A stretch of 64,000 bases of DNA from Candidatus Dojkabacteria bacterium (GTDB lineage: Bacteria > Patescibacteriota > Dojkabacteria > SC72 > T1SED10-24): the NCBI GenBank assembly GCA_003554185.1, contig PWFU01000029.1, positions 298 to 64,297 of the forward strand. Direction: 5' to 3'. This document shows, one piece after another, positions 40,781 to 50,314 of this stretch. The position numbers were made by a program, and so were the translations under genes. Positions within the stretch are counted from its first letter, which is position 1. Each line of letters begins with the position of its first letter. Under the pieces are notes generated by a model. That model was not told where the DNA came from and did no database searches. It saw only the letters and a list, made by a program, of their open reading frames with translations.

Positions 40781-40982
40781 CGTTGATATATATATATATA
40801 TTCCCTACCCAGATTAAAAACAGTAAAACGAGAACAATTAGAAAAACATATCGCAGATATCTTTTAATCCCAATTTTATTTACCATCTTCTCACCCACTC
40901 TCTTGGATTTGCGCTTACTAAAAGCCCTGTTTTGTTTACGAGCTTTGTTCAAATTATATTTCACAGACTGCCTTTTATTCAT
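40767..40982 (-). pseudogene. N-terminal fragment (basic cytoplasmic tail plus TM helix) of the LCP/LytR_C gene, out of frame with the downstream part
   Basis: ATG at 40982 overlaps the rluD stop (ATGAATAA). MNKRQSVKYNLNKARKQNRAFSKRKSKRVGEKMVNKIGIKRYLRYVFLIVLVLLFLIWVG. Reads through the (AT)8 tract and stops 13 nt later. Confidence 0.55.
40786..40801. repeat. (AT)8 dinucleotide tract at the junction of two reading frames
   Basis: Read directly: atatatatatatatat at 40786-40801. Confidence 0.95.
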
Positions 40983-41982
40983 CAATAAAATCACCCAAAA
41001 TATTAAATATTCTCTTTTCCCCAGACAAGTCTTCGAAACCCAAAACTACAGAATCCAAAGCAATATTACTGGAATCCTTTGCCTTAGCACCATAAAGACG
41101 ATCCCCTTTAAGAACACATCCAAGGCTTTTTAACGTAGCCCTCACTTGATGCATTCTACCCGTTTCTATTAAAACAAATAGTTTATCGTAAGACAATGGT
41201 AAGATGTAGGATTTTGCATATCTCAGATTTTCTTCAGAAGTATTAGGTAAAAAAACATACCTCTTTCTATCTTTCTCATCTCTTTTCATACTGCCTTCCA
41301 ATACCTTCCAATTATCCAACTTCACTCCTTTACTCAAGCGATAATCTTCAATGATTTCATGAACTAATTTATAAGAATAAAAATGCTTAAAAATGCCACT
41401 CAAACAAGGTTCTACCTCTGCATAGTATATTTTCAATACTTTATGGTTCTCAAATTGTTCAGCCAAATGTCTCTGTACCTTCCTATTCTTCGCAAAAACG
41501 ATTATCCCCCCTACCCCTTTATCCAACCTATGCACAATACCAGCACGTTTCAATTCTTTATCATACTCACCTTTTCTCTGCAAATAATCCAAAACGTAAT
41601 TAGCTAATGTATTTTTTTCGTTTTTTATACCAGGATGTACAACAAGACCTTTTGCCTTTTTTAAAACAAGATAATCTCTATCTTCAAAAATTATCTCGAA
41701 CCGTCCCTCTTGAGGTACAATCTTGTTTTCATTGTTAGACCTCTCTAATTCTTGCCCGTATTTTTTACTCAACAAATCTAAATCTATAGATACTTCATCA
41801 TTCAATTTCAATCTATAGGAGTGCTTTGCTCTACTGTTATTAATTAATACAAAATCCTTCACCACGCCAGAGACAAAAGCTCGGGGGATCTCTTCAAAAC
41901 CATATTCTTGTTGAAGCAGCATTGTAACAAACTTATCAACCCTTATACCCTCATTTTCTCTCTGAACAATATGTTTCTTCAT
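40975..41982 (-). CDS. rluD: RluA-family 23S rRNA pseudouridine synthase (RluD-type, with S4 domain)
   Basis: HRLDKGVGGIIVFAKN catalytic Asp motif. N-terminal S4-like RVDKFV region. Confidence 0.88.
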   Translation of the reverse strand: MKKHIVQRENEGIRVDKFVTMLLQQEYGFEEIPRAFVSGVVKDFVLINNSRAKHSYRLKLNDEVSIDLDLLSKKYGQELERSNNENKIVPQEGRFEIIFEDRDYLVLKKAKGLVVHPGIKNEKNTLANYVLDYLQRKGEYDKELKRAGIVHRLDKGVGGIIVFAKNRKVQRHLAEQFENHKVLKIYYAEVEPCLSGIFKHFYSYKLVHEIIEDYRLSKGVKLDNWKVLEGSMKRDEKDRKRYVFLPNTSEENLRYAKSYILPLSYDKLFVLIETGRMHQVRATLKSLGCVLKGDRLYGAKAKDSSNIALDSVVLGFEDLSGEKRIFNILGDFIDE

Positions 41983-42379
41983 AAAAAATGAATAAAAAAA
42001 TTAAACATAATGAGGTTAATATAAAAATATCATTAAGGTTAAAAACAGGTAAATTAAAAATAGAAATATAGTCACAAACCCCTCCTAAAAAAAACCTATC
42101 TGTTATATTTCCTAAAGACGCGACAAAAAAAGCCCCCACCAAACCCCAAGAATTACGTAGTATATAAAAAACTCTCAACAAAAAAAACACCATAACAAAC
42201 AATAACAAAACCTGGAATAAAGCCAAATATACCTGATTCAACCCAGTAAACAAACCAAAAGCCACACCGGTATTTATCTCACACAAGTCAGTCATAGTAA
42301 ATGAAATGAATAAATGAACAATCGTAAAAAAAACGACTACAAAAAAATAACATTTGAAGAATTTTTTAATCATCTCCAT
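41951..42379 (-). CDS. lspA: Lipoprotein signal peptidase II
   Basis: NTGVAFGLF, GNITDRFFLGGVCDY, FNLNDIFI motifs. 4 TM. Confidence 0.85.
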   Translation of the reverse strand: MEMIKKFFKCYFFVVVFFTIVHLFISFTMTDLCEINTGVAFGLFTGLNQVYLALFQVLLLFVMVFFLLRVFYILRNSWGLVGAFFVASLGNITDRFFLGGVCDYISIFNLPVFNLNDIFILTSLCLIFLFIFYEETYCSERK

Positions 42380-43214
42380 TCTTAACTTTGAGAGGCTTAT
42401 TGATATTAATTGTTACAGATTTTCCTTTGTTCATTAAAACACTCTTTTGACTATCCCCTGGCTTCTTCTCTACAAAAATAAAATAGATAGTCATTACTAC
42501 ACCAGCAATATTCATTAATACAAGATTTATTTGATCTATAAGAGTTATTTCATGTAATAAAAACAGCCGCGTTATTATAGCAAAAGAAACAAAGACAAAA
42601 ATAATAGTCAAGAGATGCACTACGCCATTTAATAGATCTACATTGTAATCTTCTCTTTTCTGAAAAATTGTTCTTAAAAGCCAAATAATTCCCAAGAAAA
42701 CTACAATTATTAAAGCCACAACTAAACCACCGTAAAGAACCTCAGGAAATCTCATTAAAGCACCATAAACTATCAAAGTAATACAAAGAAAGGCTTGTGC
42801 AGAAATAATAACAGGAAAAAACATCTCACGCCATTTCCATTTTTTAAAATAAATACTATATACAAAAGCAAATATCAGATAAGCTGTAAAAACACTTGTA
42901 AAGAGAAAACCACCATCAAAAATATCAAAAAAGCGCCACGGGAGTAATCTAAACAGAAAAATCTCATCACCATAACGCTCATAAGGTACAATAGACCACA
43001 CTAAACCACTAAAAAGATGCCAATTAACTATAATAAAAGATATCCTCGCCCATAACATTGAAAATACAACTGTCAGAAGCCACATATCAAAGATTGAGTT
43101 TCTATCTTTATGAGTATGCGATTCATACCAAAAAAGAAAAAGACTCACCAACAACCCAAACAAAAATAGTGGGAAAAAGCCTATACTAGCAATAATATTT
43201 ATTATATCTTCCAT
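42366..43214 (-). CDS. Polytopic membrane protein, divergent prolipoprotein diacylglyceryl transferase-like
   Basis: Overlaps lspA by 14 nt. MLWARISFIIVNW and IFDGGFLF resemble the Lgt GaRl... and W-GG regions. Assignment is tentative. Confidence 0.5.
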   Translation of the reverse strand: MEDIINIIASIGFFPLFLFGLLVSLFLFWYESHTHKDRNSIFDMWLLTVVFSMLWARISFIIVNWHLFSGLVWSIVPYERYGDEIFLFRLLPWRFFDIFDGGFLFTSVFTAYLIFAFVYSIYFKKWKWREMFFPVIISAQAFLCITLIVYGALMRFPEVLYGGLVVALIIVVFLGIIWLLRTIFQKREDYNVDLLNGVVHLLTIIFVFVSFAIITRLFLLHEITLIDQINLVLMNIAGVVMTIYFIFVEKKPGDSQKSVLMNKGKSVTININKPLKVKNGDD

Positions 43215-43216
43215 AA

Positions 43217-43951
43217 CTACTTACCTTGCTTTTTTGTTGATTTTTTTCTACTTGTAGAAGCACTCTTTCTACCACGTTGTTTACTTGAAACTTTCTTTTT
43301 CTCACTTTTTTCGTCCGACATTTTTTCCTTCTCTATAACATTGTCTCCTTCCTGTAAAAATCTCTTAGCCTTTTGTATACAACTCGTCGAATTCTCTCCA
43401 ATAGAGCACACACGTTTAAAAACTTCTCTCATAGGTTGAGATTTTTCCCCCTCTTTTATATCTTCATACCTTTGATTAACTTCAAGTTCAATTTCATCTG
43501 AATCCCGAACAAAGCCACAATAAGCGCAAAATTTCCAATACTTTTCTATAAACTCACCACATTTACTACATTGAGCCCTGAGATCCTTCCCACAACTGGG
43601 ACAATATATAAAATTGGGTTCCAAAGAAAAGTTACAATCTGCACAATTAATTAAACCATATGTTTCAAATTCTAAATACTTTTTTTCAAGTTCTTGCCAA
43701 TAACGTTCTTCATAAGACTGCTCAGGTCTTATTAAGAAATATACTATCAACCCAAGAATATTGAGACATAAGACCAAGAGCACGCTAAATACTCTAAAAA
43801 CAATTTTATTAGATCGATCTGTAGCATCAAACCAAACCCAAACAACAATAAACACCCAAAAGACAGCAAAAAGCGCGAAGAACACTCTCACTATGAGGGA
43901 AAAATCTAAATTACCTACAAAATTCACGAAATCTAAGATAAATTCTTCCAT
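43217..43951 (-). CDS. PLDc_N-type membrane domain fused to a double zinc-ribbon and a K/S-rich tail
   Basis: WVWFDATDRSNKIVFRVFSVLLVLCLNILGLIVYFLIRP, then CADCNF...CPSCG...CSKCG...CAYCG. Confidence 0.65.
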   Translation of the reverse strand: MEEFILDFVNFVGNLDFSLIVRVFFALFAVFWVFIVVWVWFDATDRSNKIVFRVFSVLLVLCLNILGLIVYFLIRPEQSYEERYWQELEKKYLEFETYGLINCADCNFSLEPNFIYCPSCGKDLRAQCSKCGEFIEKYWKFCAYCGFVRDSDEIELEVNQRYEDIKEGEKSQPMREVFKRVCSIGENSTSCIQKAKRFLQEGDNVIEKEKMSDEKSEKKKVSSKQRGRKSASTSRKKSTKKQGK

Positions 43952-43979
43952 AGATAAAAGCCCCCAATCATCTTAAAAA

Positions 43980-44065
43980 TGGTCAAGGAGGGACTCGAAC
44001 CCTCACGCTACCTAAATAGCACGGGATTTTGAGTCCCGCGTGTCTGCCAATTCCACCACTTGACC
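43980..44065 (-). tRNA. tRNA-Leu (anticodon CAA), class II with long variable arm
   Basis: Minus strand GGTCAAGTGGTGGAATTGGCAGACACGCGGGACTCAAAATCCCGTGCTATTTAGGTAGCGTGAGGGTTCGAGTCCCTCCTTGACCA. Acceptor GGTCAAG/CTTGACC, anticodon stem CGGGA/TCCCG with loop CTCAAAA, T-arm GAGGG-TTCGAGT-CCCTC. Confidence 0.9.
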
Positions 44066-44109
44066 TCTATAGTACAATTATAAATGAAAAAACGAGAATC
44101 ACAAAGTAA

Positions 44110-45432
44110 CTAAGATTCTTCTTTACCTTTGTGTAAATTTCTAAAACTAGCAATTTCTTTTACAAAGGCCAATTCTACTACTCCAGTAGGACCATTTCTG
44201 TGTTTTGCAACTATTAACTCCCCTATTCCTTTCTTCTCTGTATCGGGGTTATAAGTTTCTTCACGATCAATAAACATAACAACATCCGCATCTTGTTCTA
44301 TAGAACCAGATTCTCTTAAATCAGAGAGTTGAGGGCGTCTGGTATTTCTCTGTTCTATAGCACGAGAAAGCTGAGAAAGCGCGATCACTGGCACTTCCAA
44401 CTCTCTAGCTATATTCTTTAATCCCTGAGATATCTCTTGAACTTCCAAAACCCTATTCTCTTTATTTAAACCTTGCATTAATTGTAAATAATCTACAATA
44501 ATTAAATCTACTCCGTGTTCGAGCATCATTCTTCTAGCCTTTGTGCGTATTTCTATAATTGATTGCCCTGGTTTATCATCTATAAACATTTCTGCATCAG
44601 CAAGTTGCCCCATTGCATCAGCTAACTTAACAAATTTTTCATCATTCATTTTACCAGTACGTATATCCCAAAATGGAACCATTGCTTGCATTCCAAGTAA
44701 CCTATCAACCAGTTGAGTACTTGACATCTCTAAAGAAAATAATACTACTTTCTTCTTCTCTGTAATAGCAGCTGTTCTTAAAAAATCCAAAGCCAAAGCA
44801 GTTTTCCCCACAGAAGGTCTTGCAGCAAGAACTATAAGATCAGATTTTTGAAAACCACCCAACAAAGCATCAAGATCCTTAAAGCCCGAGGATGTCCCCA
44901 AAAATGCCTCATCTCTATCCGCTCTCTCTGCTCTTTCATATGCATTTTTGAGTAAATCTTTGATATGAATAAAATTGCTACTAACACCTTGTTGAGCAAT
45001 ATTAAACAAAATTCTCTCAGAATTATCTAACACCGCATCCAAACCTAAGTCTTCATTAAAACTCAATTCCGTAATTTCAGCAGATGCAGATATCAGAGAC
45101 CTCCTTACATAAGCGTCTTTAACTATTTTGGCATACTCCTCAGCATGTGCAGAAGTAGGTACAAAAGACAACAAATCTGATAAGTATTTCCTCCCTCCAA
45201 TTTTAGTTAAGTTTTTCTTCTTCTTAAGAAGATTAGACATTGTCACCAAGTCAACAGGCATCCCGGATTCAAACAACTCCATAATTACTTGATAAATAAT
45301 TGCATGCTTGGGATCATAAAAATATTCAGCCCTTAAAACAGGAGACACATTTATAATAGCCTCCTTATCCAAAAGCATCGATCCTAAAACTGATTGCTCA
45401 GCCTCTATGTTTTTCGGTGGAGTTTTTTCCAT
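44110..45432 (-). CDS. dnaB: Replicative DNA helicase DnaB
   Basis: PPKNIEAEQSVLGSML N-terminus, Walker A ARPSVGKTALAL, IIVDYLQLM, ALSQLSR. Confidence 0.95.
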   Translation of the reverse strand: MEKTPPKNIEAEQSVLGSMLLDKEAIINVSPVLRAEYFYDPKHAIIYQVIMELFESGMPVDLVTMSNLLKKKKNLTKIGGRKYLSDLLSFVPTSAHAEEYAKIVKDAYVRRSLISASAEITELSFNEDLGLDAVLDNSERILFNIAQQGVSSNFIHIKDLLKNAYERAERADRDEAFLGTSSGFKDLDALLGGFQKSDLIVLAARPSVGKTALALDFLRTAAITEKKKVVLFSLEMSSTQLVDRLLGMQAMVPFWDIRTGKMNDEKFVKLADAMGQLADAEMFIDDKPGQSIIEIRTKARRMMLEHGVDLIIVDYLQLMQGLNKENRVLEVQEISQGLKNIARELEVPVIALSQLSRAIEQRNTRRPQLSDLRESGSIEQDADVVMFIDREETYNPDTEKKGIGELIVAKHRNGPTGVVELAFVKEIASFRNLHKGKEES

Positions 45433-45456
45433 TTAGCAATTTTAACAATTTAAAAA

Positions 45457-46089
45457 CTACTCTAATATTACTACATCCATATTTCTAACCTCCTTATCTA
45501 CTCCCCCAGAGACATTAATACTTTTTTCGTATCTCACATTAGTATAACCTGCCTGTTTGAGAAACTCCTGAACAGTTTTTAAATCGCCCCCTGCTTTCAT
45601 ATCATCCGTTTTATACCCAGAAGGAATTAAAACAAGCGGATCCACCTTATTTACAATCTTAACCACATCACCAAATTCTGGGAAATTTGCACCATCTCCT
45701 ACTGGAATAATCAGAACATCAACATCTCCTAAATTTTTAAAATCATCAACTTTCACCTCTTTGGAAATATATCCGATGTATAATATTCTTAGATCATCTT
45801 CATCTAAAATATAAACGTTGGAATCTATACCCCTTCTAATCATTAAGCCTCCCAGTTCATACTCTCCAGGAGCCTTAATATGTAACACTCGGTCCTTCCG
45901 AGAAGGTGTAAACAAGCTCTCGGCCTTTTCCATACTTTTCTCATCCAAATTTTTAGAGTATATAACAGCGTCGGTTTTTTTCTTAGGAACTTTAAGACCA
46001 ATATCTTCCAAAGATAAAGGGTCCGTCAACATATTCAAATGATCAAAAGATAGTAAAAAAGATAAATACCCCAAGCTTTCTATTTTCAT
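45457..46089 (-). CDS. MBL-fold (Lactamase_B_3/UPF0173-like) protein, apparently lacking the His motif
   Basis: MKIESLGYLSFLLSF...LTDP start and VDVLIIPVGDG pattern. The ATG at 46089 is preferred over the TTG at 46104. Confidence 0.45.
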   Translation of the reverse strand: MKIESLGYLSFLLSFDHLNMLTDPLSLEDIGLKVPKKKTDAVIYSKNLDEKSMEKAESLFTPSRKDRVLHIKAPGEYELGGLMIRRGIDSNVYILDEDDLRILYIGYISKEVKVDDFKNLGDVDVLIIPVGDGANFPEFGDVVKIVNKVDPLVLIPSGYKTDDMKAGGDLKTVQEFLKQAGYTNVRYEKSINVSGGVDKEVRNMDVVILE

Positions 46090-46158
46090 AAACAAAAAAA
46101 TCAAATTATCTACCCCTTATGATAACATATCTAGGTACATACCTTCTACACAAAAAAA

Positions 46159-46698
46159 CTAAAATAAATTCACATATCTACCTTCTACAACAAACCTATC
46201 CCTATTCCCCCAAGGAGGATAACATGTATATATTCTTAAGGTTTTTTCTTGATGATTAAAATCTTCAATACCAGTATTATACCTATTCGTTACAAAAAAA
46301 TCATAAATTTCAAATACAAAGATTTTAGAATCAAAATAAACGTATACATGATCTCCAGTTTCAACATCTTCTAGGTTATAAAACACACCTGCCCTAAGCG
46401 GATATAAATGGAAATTATGTCCAGTGAACAAAAAATTCTTTTTATACAAATCAAAATATTTTAACCAAACACCATCCTCTAAACAATCTTTACCATTTTT
46501 TTCACATAAGGTAGATTCCAATAAAATCGCAGGGATCTGGATGTAATTTACCTCCCCTTCCTCTATTTCATAAATATCATTTAAATTAGTTTTTGTATTT
46601 TCAATCTCTTGAAATTCTGCAAAGAGAAAGAAAAAAAACATCGTTAAAAAAAACACCTTCAATATAAACAAAGCTTGACTATAAATAAAGTAAAACAT
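46159..46698 (-). CDS. Second sortase-family protein
   Basis: N-terminal TM. FTGHNFHLYP (His), LRIYTCYPPWGNRDRFVVEGRY (Cys, Arg). Confidence 0.65.
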   Translation of the reverse strand: MFYFIYSQALFILKVFFLTMFFFFLFAEFQEIENTKTNLNDIYEIEEGEVNYIQIPAILLESTLCEKNGKDCLEDGVWLKYFDLYKKNFLFTGHNFHLYPLRAGVFYNLEDVETGDHVYVYFDSKIFVFEIYDFFVTNRYNTGIEDFNHQEKTLRIYTCYPPWGNRDRFVVEGRYVNLF

Positions 46699-46712
46699 AT
46701 AATCAGGGCGTT

Positions 46713-47039
46713 ATGAAAAATGATATCCATCCACAATATTACAAACAAGTAAAAACTGTATGTTCATCTTGTTCTACAGAACACGTCGTGGGATCTACCG
46801 TTGAAAGTATATCAACCGAGATCTGTTCAAATTGTCACCCTTTTTACACGGGAGTAGAAAGGATTGTAGATACAGAGAACTTGGTAGCAAAATTTAAAGA
46901 ACGACAGAATAAAGCAAAGCCTTCTTTCAGTTCCAAAAAGTCTAAAATGGAAGCTAAGAAAAAGAAAAAGAAAACTACTAGTAAAGAAAAGGAACCTCTC
47001 ACTCTAAAAGACATGCTTTCTTCTATAGAAAAAAAATAG
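46713..47039 (+). CDS. rpmE: 50S ribosomal protein L31 with a Lys-rich C-terminal extension
   Basis: MKNDIHPQYY...CSSCS...CSNCHPFYTG. Confidence 0.9.
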   Translation: MKNDIHPQYYKQVKTVCSSCSTEHVVGSTVESISTEICSNCHPFYTGVERIVDTENLVAKFKERQNKAKPSFSSKKSKMEAKKKKKKTTSKEKEPLTLKDMLSSIEKK

Positions 47040-47084
47040 ATAGTTCATCTTAGCATTGCTCAGTTACATTTTTCCTTTGATTTT

Positions 47085-48191
47085 ATGAATTTTGAAGAAC
47101 TTAAGAAAAAATACAATCTTAAGAAAATACAAAAAGAAAAAGAAGATTTAGAGGCAGAAATTATTAAACAAACCTCTGGAGAAACAAAGAAAGATATTGG
47201 AAAATTATCCGCTGATTTAGAAAAAAAAGACAGAATTTTCAAAAAAGTATCAGAGCTCCATAATAAAATAGATGCTCATCAACAAACATTAGAAGTTTTA
47301 AATAGCAAGGATGATTATGAATATACTAAGATCGCTCAAGAAGAAAAGCTATCTTTAGAAAACCAAATACAAGAACTAGAAAAAGAACTTAAAAGCGATC
47401 TTTACTCAGATATTTTGTCAGATCCAGACGACCAACGGTCAATAATTATGGAAATTAGAGCAGGAGCGGGTGGCGACGAAGCTTCTCTTTTTGTAGATGA
47501 TCTATTCAGAATGTATTCTCAATACGCTTCCACGAAAAAATGGGATATAGAAATTATAGATTCTACACCTAATAGCGAAGGTGGATCTAAAGAAATAATT
47601 GCAAGAATTATAGGAAAAGACGTTTTTAAAAAATTAAAGTATGAGAGTGGTGTTCATAGAGTACAAAGGATACCAAGTACCGAATCTTCAGGTCGAATAC
47701 ACACTTCAACCGTTTCAGTGGCAGTATTACCAGAAGTAAAAGATGTGGATATAAATATAAGACCTGAGGATATCAAAGTAGATGTCATGAGATCATCCGG
47801 AGCTGGTGGTCAATCGGTCAACAAAATAGATTCTGCAGTTAGAATAACCCATCTACCCACAAACATAGTAGTTAGTTGTCAGGAAACTAAGTTTCAGCAA
47901 CAAAACAAAGAGAAGGCTATGAACATTTTAAAATCAAAACTCTACGAACAAGAAAAAGAAAAAGAACGAGAAAAGAGATCATCTCTCAGGCTAGCTCAAA
48001 TTGGTTCAGCTATGAGAGCTGAGAAAATCAGAACATACAACTATCCTCAAACTAGAATTACTGATCACAGAACAAAACAATCCTGGTATAACCTTGAGGA
48101 GATATTAGATGGGAAATTAGATGGAATGCTGGATGAATTTCATACAAAAATGCGAAATTTGCAAATCGAAGAATTAGAAAAAAACACATGA
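47085..48191 (+). CDS. prfA: Peptide chain release factor 1
   Basis: GGQSVNK motif. RF1-type PxT tripeptide region QRIPSTESSGRIHTS. The TGA stop overlaps the prmC ATG (ATGA). Confidence 0.95.
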   Translation: MNFEELKKKYNLKKIQKEKEDLEAEIIKQTSGETKKDIGKLSADLEKKDRIFKKVSELHNKIDAHQQTLEVLNSKDDYEYTKIAQEEKLSLENQIQELEKELKSDLYSDILSDPDDQRSIIMEIRAGAGGDEASLFVDDLFRMYSQYASTKKWDIEIIDSTPNSEGGSKEIIARIIGKDVFKKLKYESGVHRVQRIPSTESSGRIHTSTVSVAVLPEVKDVDINIRPEDIKVDVMRSSGAGGQSVNKIDSAVRITHLPTNIVVSCQETKFQQQNKEKAMNILKSKLYEQEKEKEREKRSSLRLAQIGSAMRAEKIRTYNYPQTRITDHRTKQSWYNLEEILDGKLDGMLDEFHTKMRNLQIEELEKNT

Positions 48192-48955
48192 ATCATCCTT
48201 TAATTATAGAAATCTCTAGAAAAATTAAACACCCTACTCCCTTACCTATTGCGAAGGAAATACTGGAATATTGTGAAGGAGATGAACAAAAGGTTAATGA
48301 AATAATTAGTAGAATTTCCAAAGACGAACCATGGGAATATATTTGGGGGTATATTCAATTTTTAAATCATAAGATATGTTTAAACAACGACGTCCTCATC
48401 CCAAGATGGGAGACTGCTGAACTAGTCAATATAGCTGTATCGGAAATTAAAAATCTAAGTTTTAATTTTCAAATTATTGAAATCGGAACTGGAAGTGGAT
48501 GTATAGCCATTGCAATGAGTAAAGCTCTAAAGAAAGAGATTATAGCGACAGACATCAACCCTAAAGCTCTAGAAATAGCCAAAAAGAATGTTGCACTTAA
48601 TAATGCAAGGGTAAATTTAATTCAAGCAAATCTCCTAGATTTTGACATAGAAACTGATAAACCAACAGTTATTATTGCTAACTTACCATATATTCCCACT
48701 CAAGAAATACCAAACCTAGAAAAATCTGTTAAACAATATGAGCCCAAACAAGCGCTAGACGGAGGACACGATGAGGGAACTAACTATTACATTAGATTGT
48801 TAGATGATATAGAAAGAAAAAATCTGAACTTATACAAAGGATTCTTCGAGATAGACAAAAAAAATATTAAAAAGCTAAAAGAAAAGATACAAGCATATCC
48901 ACATAATATTCAAAAAGATCAAGCAAACAAAGAGAGATTTTTGATTTTAGGCTAG
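48188..48955 (+). CDS. prmC: Release factor glutamine N5-methyltransferase (PrmC/HemK)
   Basis: EIGTGSGCIAI SAM motif and IIANLPYIP (NPPY variant). Confidence 0.85.
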   Translation: MNHPLIIEISRKIKHPTPLPIAKEILEYCEGDEQKVNEIISRISKDEPWEYIWGYIQFLNHKICLNNDVLIPRWETAELVNIAVSEIKNLSFNFQIIEIGTGSGCIAIAMSKALKKEIIATDINPKALEIAKKNVALNNARVNLIQANLLDFDIETDKPTVIIANLPYIPTQEIPNLEKSVKQYEPKQALDGGHDEGTNYYIRLLDDIERKNLNLYKGFFEIDKKNIKKLKEKIQAYPHNIQKDQANKERFLILG

Positions 48956-50277
48956 TCCATTTCTTCCAAGGTTGCAGTCAAATTCTTCTCTTCACCATCA
49001 CGCCAAACCTCCATTTCGATTTCTTGCCCTACTTCTTTTCGCTGAATTACGTCTGCAAAAGACCTTCCTACCTCTTCACCGTCAACTTTTGTAATAATAT
49101 CAAGACGCTCTAGACCCGCCTTGTCTGCTGGACTATCCGACTCCACCCTTCTTATTAGAGCTCCAGCAGGTAAATCGTCATAATACATAGCTTCAAACTC
49201 AGAGATCATTTGATATTCTATACCTAGATACGGACGAATAAATTTCCCATATGTTCTGTACTCATCAACTCTATCTCGAACACTATTTATCGGTAATGCA
49301 AAAGAAATGTTCTCAGCACCCTGTGTAGTCGCGAAATTCACACCAATCACATCACCTTTGGAATCCAAGAGTGGACCACCAGAATTACCTGGATTTACTG
49401 CAGCATCTGTTTGAATAACATCTTCATAAGTTTTAGCCATACCCCAAAAACCTTGCTCTCTCGCAGTTACAGAACGCTCTAAACCACTTATCACCCCCTG
49501 TGTAACACTCCCAGCATATTCACCTAAAGGGGTCCCTATAGCTATTGCCAGCTGTCCTCTTACTAGATCATCAGAATCTCCCATAGTTAACTTAGGTAAA
49601 TCATCTGCATCAACATTTAATAAAGCTATATCATTTGTGTGATCCCTAAGAATTTCCTCTATCTCGTATTCTTCTCCGTCCTCTGCAATCACTTTATACT
49701 CATCTCCAGTACCAGATACTACATGCTGATTCGTAATAATTATCCCACTAGAATCAACAATAAATCCTGAACCTACATTAGCCATCCTATCTCTAATACC
49801 TTCATCTGGATCAAAGTCTATTTGAGAAACAGCTATACTAACAACAGCATCTTTTGAATTTTCAACAACATCAATAATTGCACTTTCTTCAGATTCAACT
49901 ATGATTCTTCTTCGATCTTCAACGTCCTGTAAATCCGAAACAACATGGATATCTTTTAGAAGATCTTCCTTTAATACTCCATGATCTATAAGCAATAAAG
50001 TCAAAATTCCACCCAAGGTTAATAAAATGAGTACTAAAACAAGATAAAGAAAAAAACGAGGTCTGGTATTCTTACATCGTGGATCTTCATAATCCAATTT
50101 CTTTTCATTTGCATTAGATTTCTCAGGGCCTCCAGCAGGTACACTATCTTCGACTTCTCCTACTTTCTCACCTTTTTTGTTTCTAACTTCACACCCATAT
50201 TGAACAAATTTAGAATCCTTACCCTCCTTTTCTACATTAGATTTTTTGTTAGACTCTTTCTGTTTTTTTTCAGACAT
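48952..50277 (-). CDS. htrA: HtrA/DegP-family serine protease with one PDZ domain, membrane anchored
   Basis: TNQHVV (His), NDIALL (Asp), GNSGGPLL (Ser). TM LYLVLVLILLTLGGILTLLLI. Confidence 0.9.
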   Translation of the reverse strand: MSEKKQKESNKKSNVEKEGKDSKFVQYGCEVRNKKGEKVGEVEDSVPAGGPEKSNANEKKLDYEDPRCKNTRPRFFLYLVLVLILLTLGGILTLLLIDHGVLKEDLLKDIHVVSDLQDVEDRRRIIVESEESAIIDVVENSKDAVVSIAVSQIDFDPDEGIRDRMANVGSGFIVDSSGIIITNQHVVSGTGDEYKVIAEDGEEYEIEEILRDHTNDIALLNVDADDLPKLTMGDSDDLVRGQLAIAIGTPLGEYAGSVTQGVISGLERSVTAREQGFWGMAKTYEDVIQTDAAVNPGNSGGPLLDSKGDVIGVNFATTQGAENISFALPINSVRDRVDEYRTYGKFIRPYLGIEYQMISEFEAMYYDDLPAGALIRRVESDSPADKAGLERLDIITKVDGEEVGRSFADVIQRKEVGQEIEMEVWRDGEEKNLTATLEEMD

Positions 50278-50314
50278 AAAACTCCTATTTAAAACTTACT
50301 TTCTTAGTATAAAA

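Noticed and set aside
47085-48191. RF1 with PST instead of PAT in the codon-recognition tripeptide, as a hint of altered stop-codon reading.
   Set aside because: PST still fits the PxT pattern, and stop-codon usage in the window looks conventional (TAA, TAG and TGA all terminate genes).
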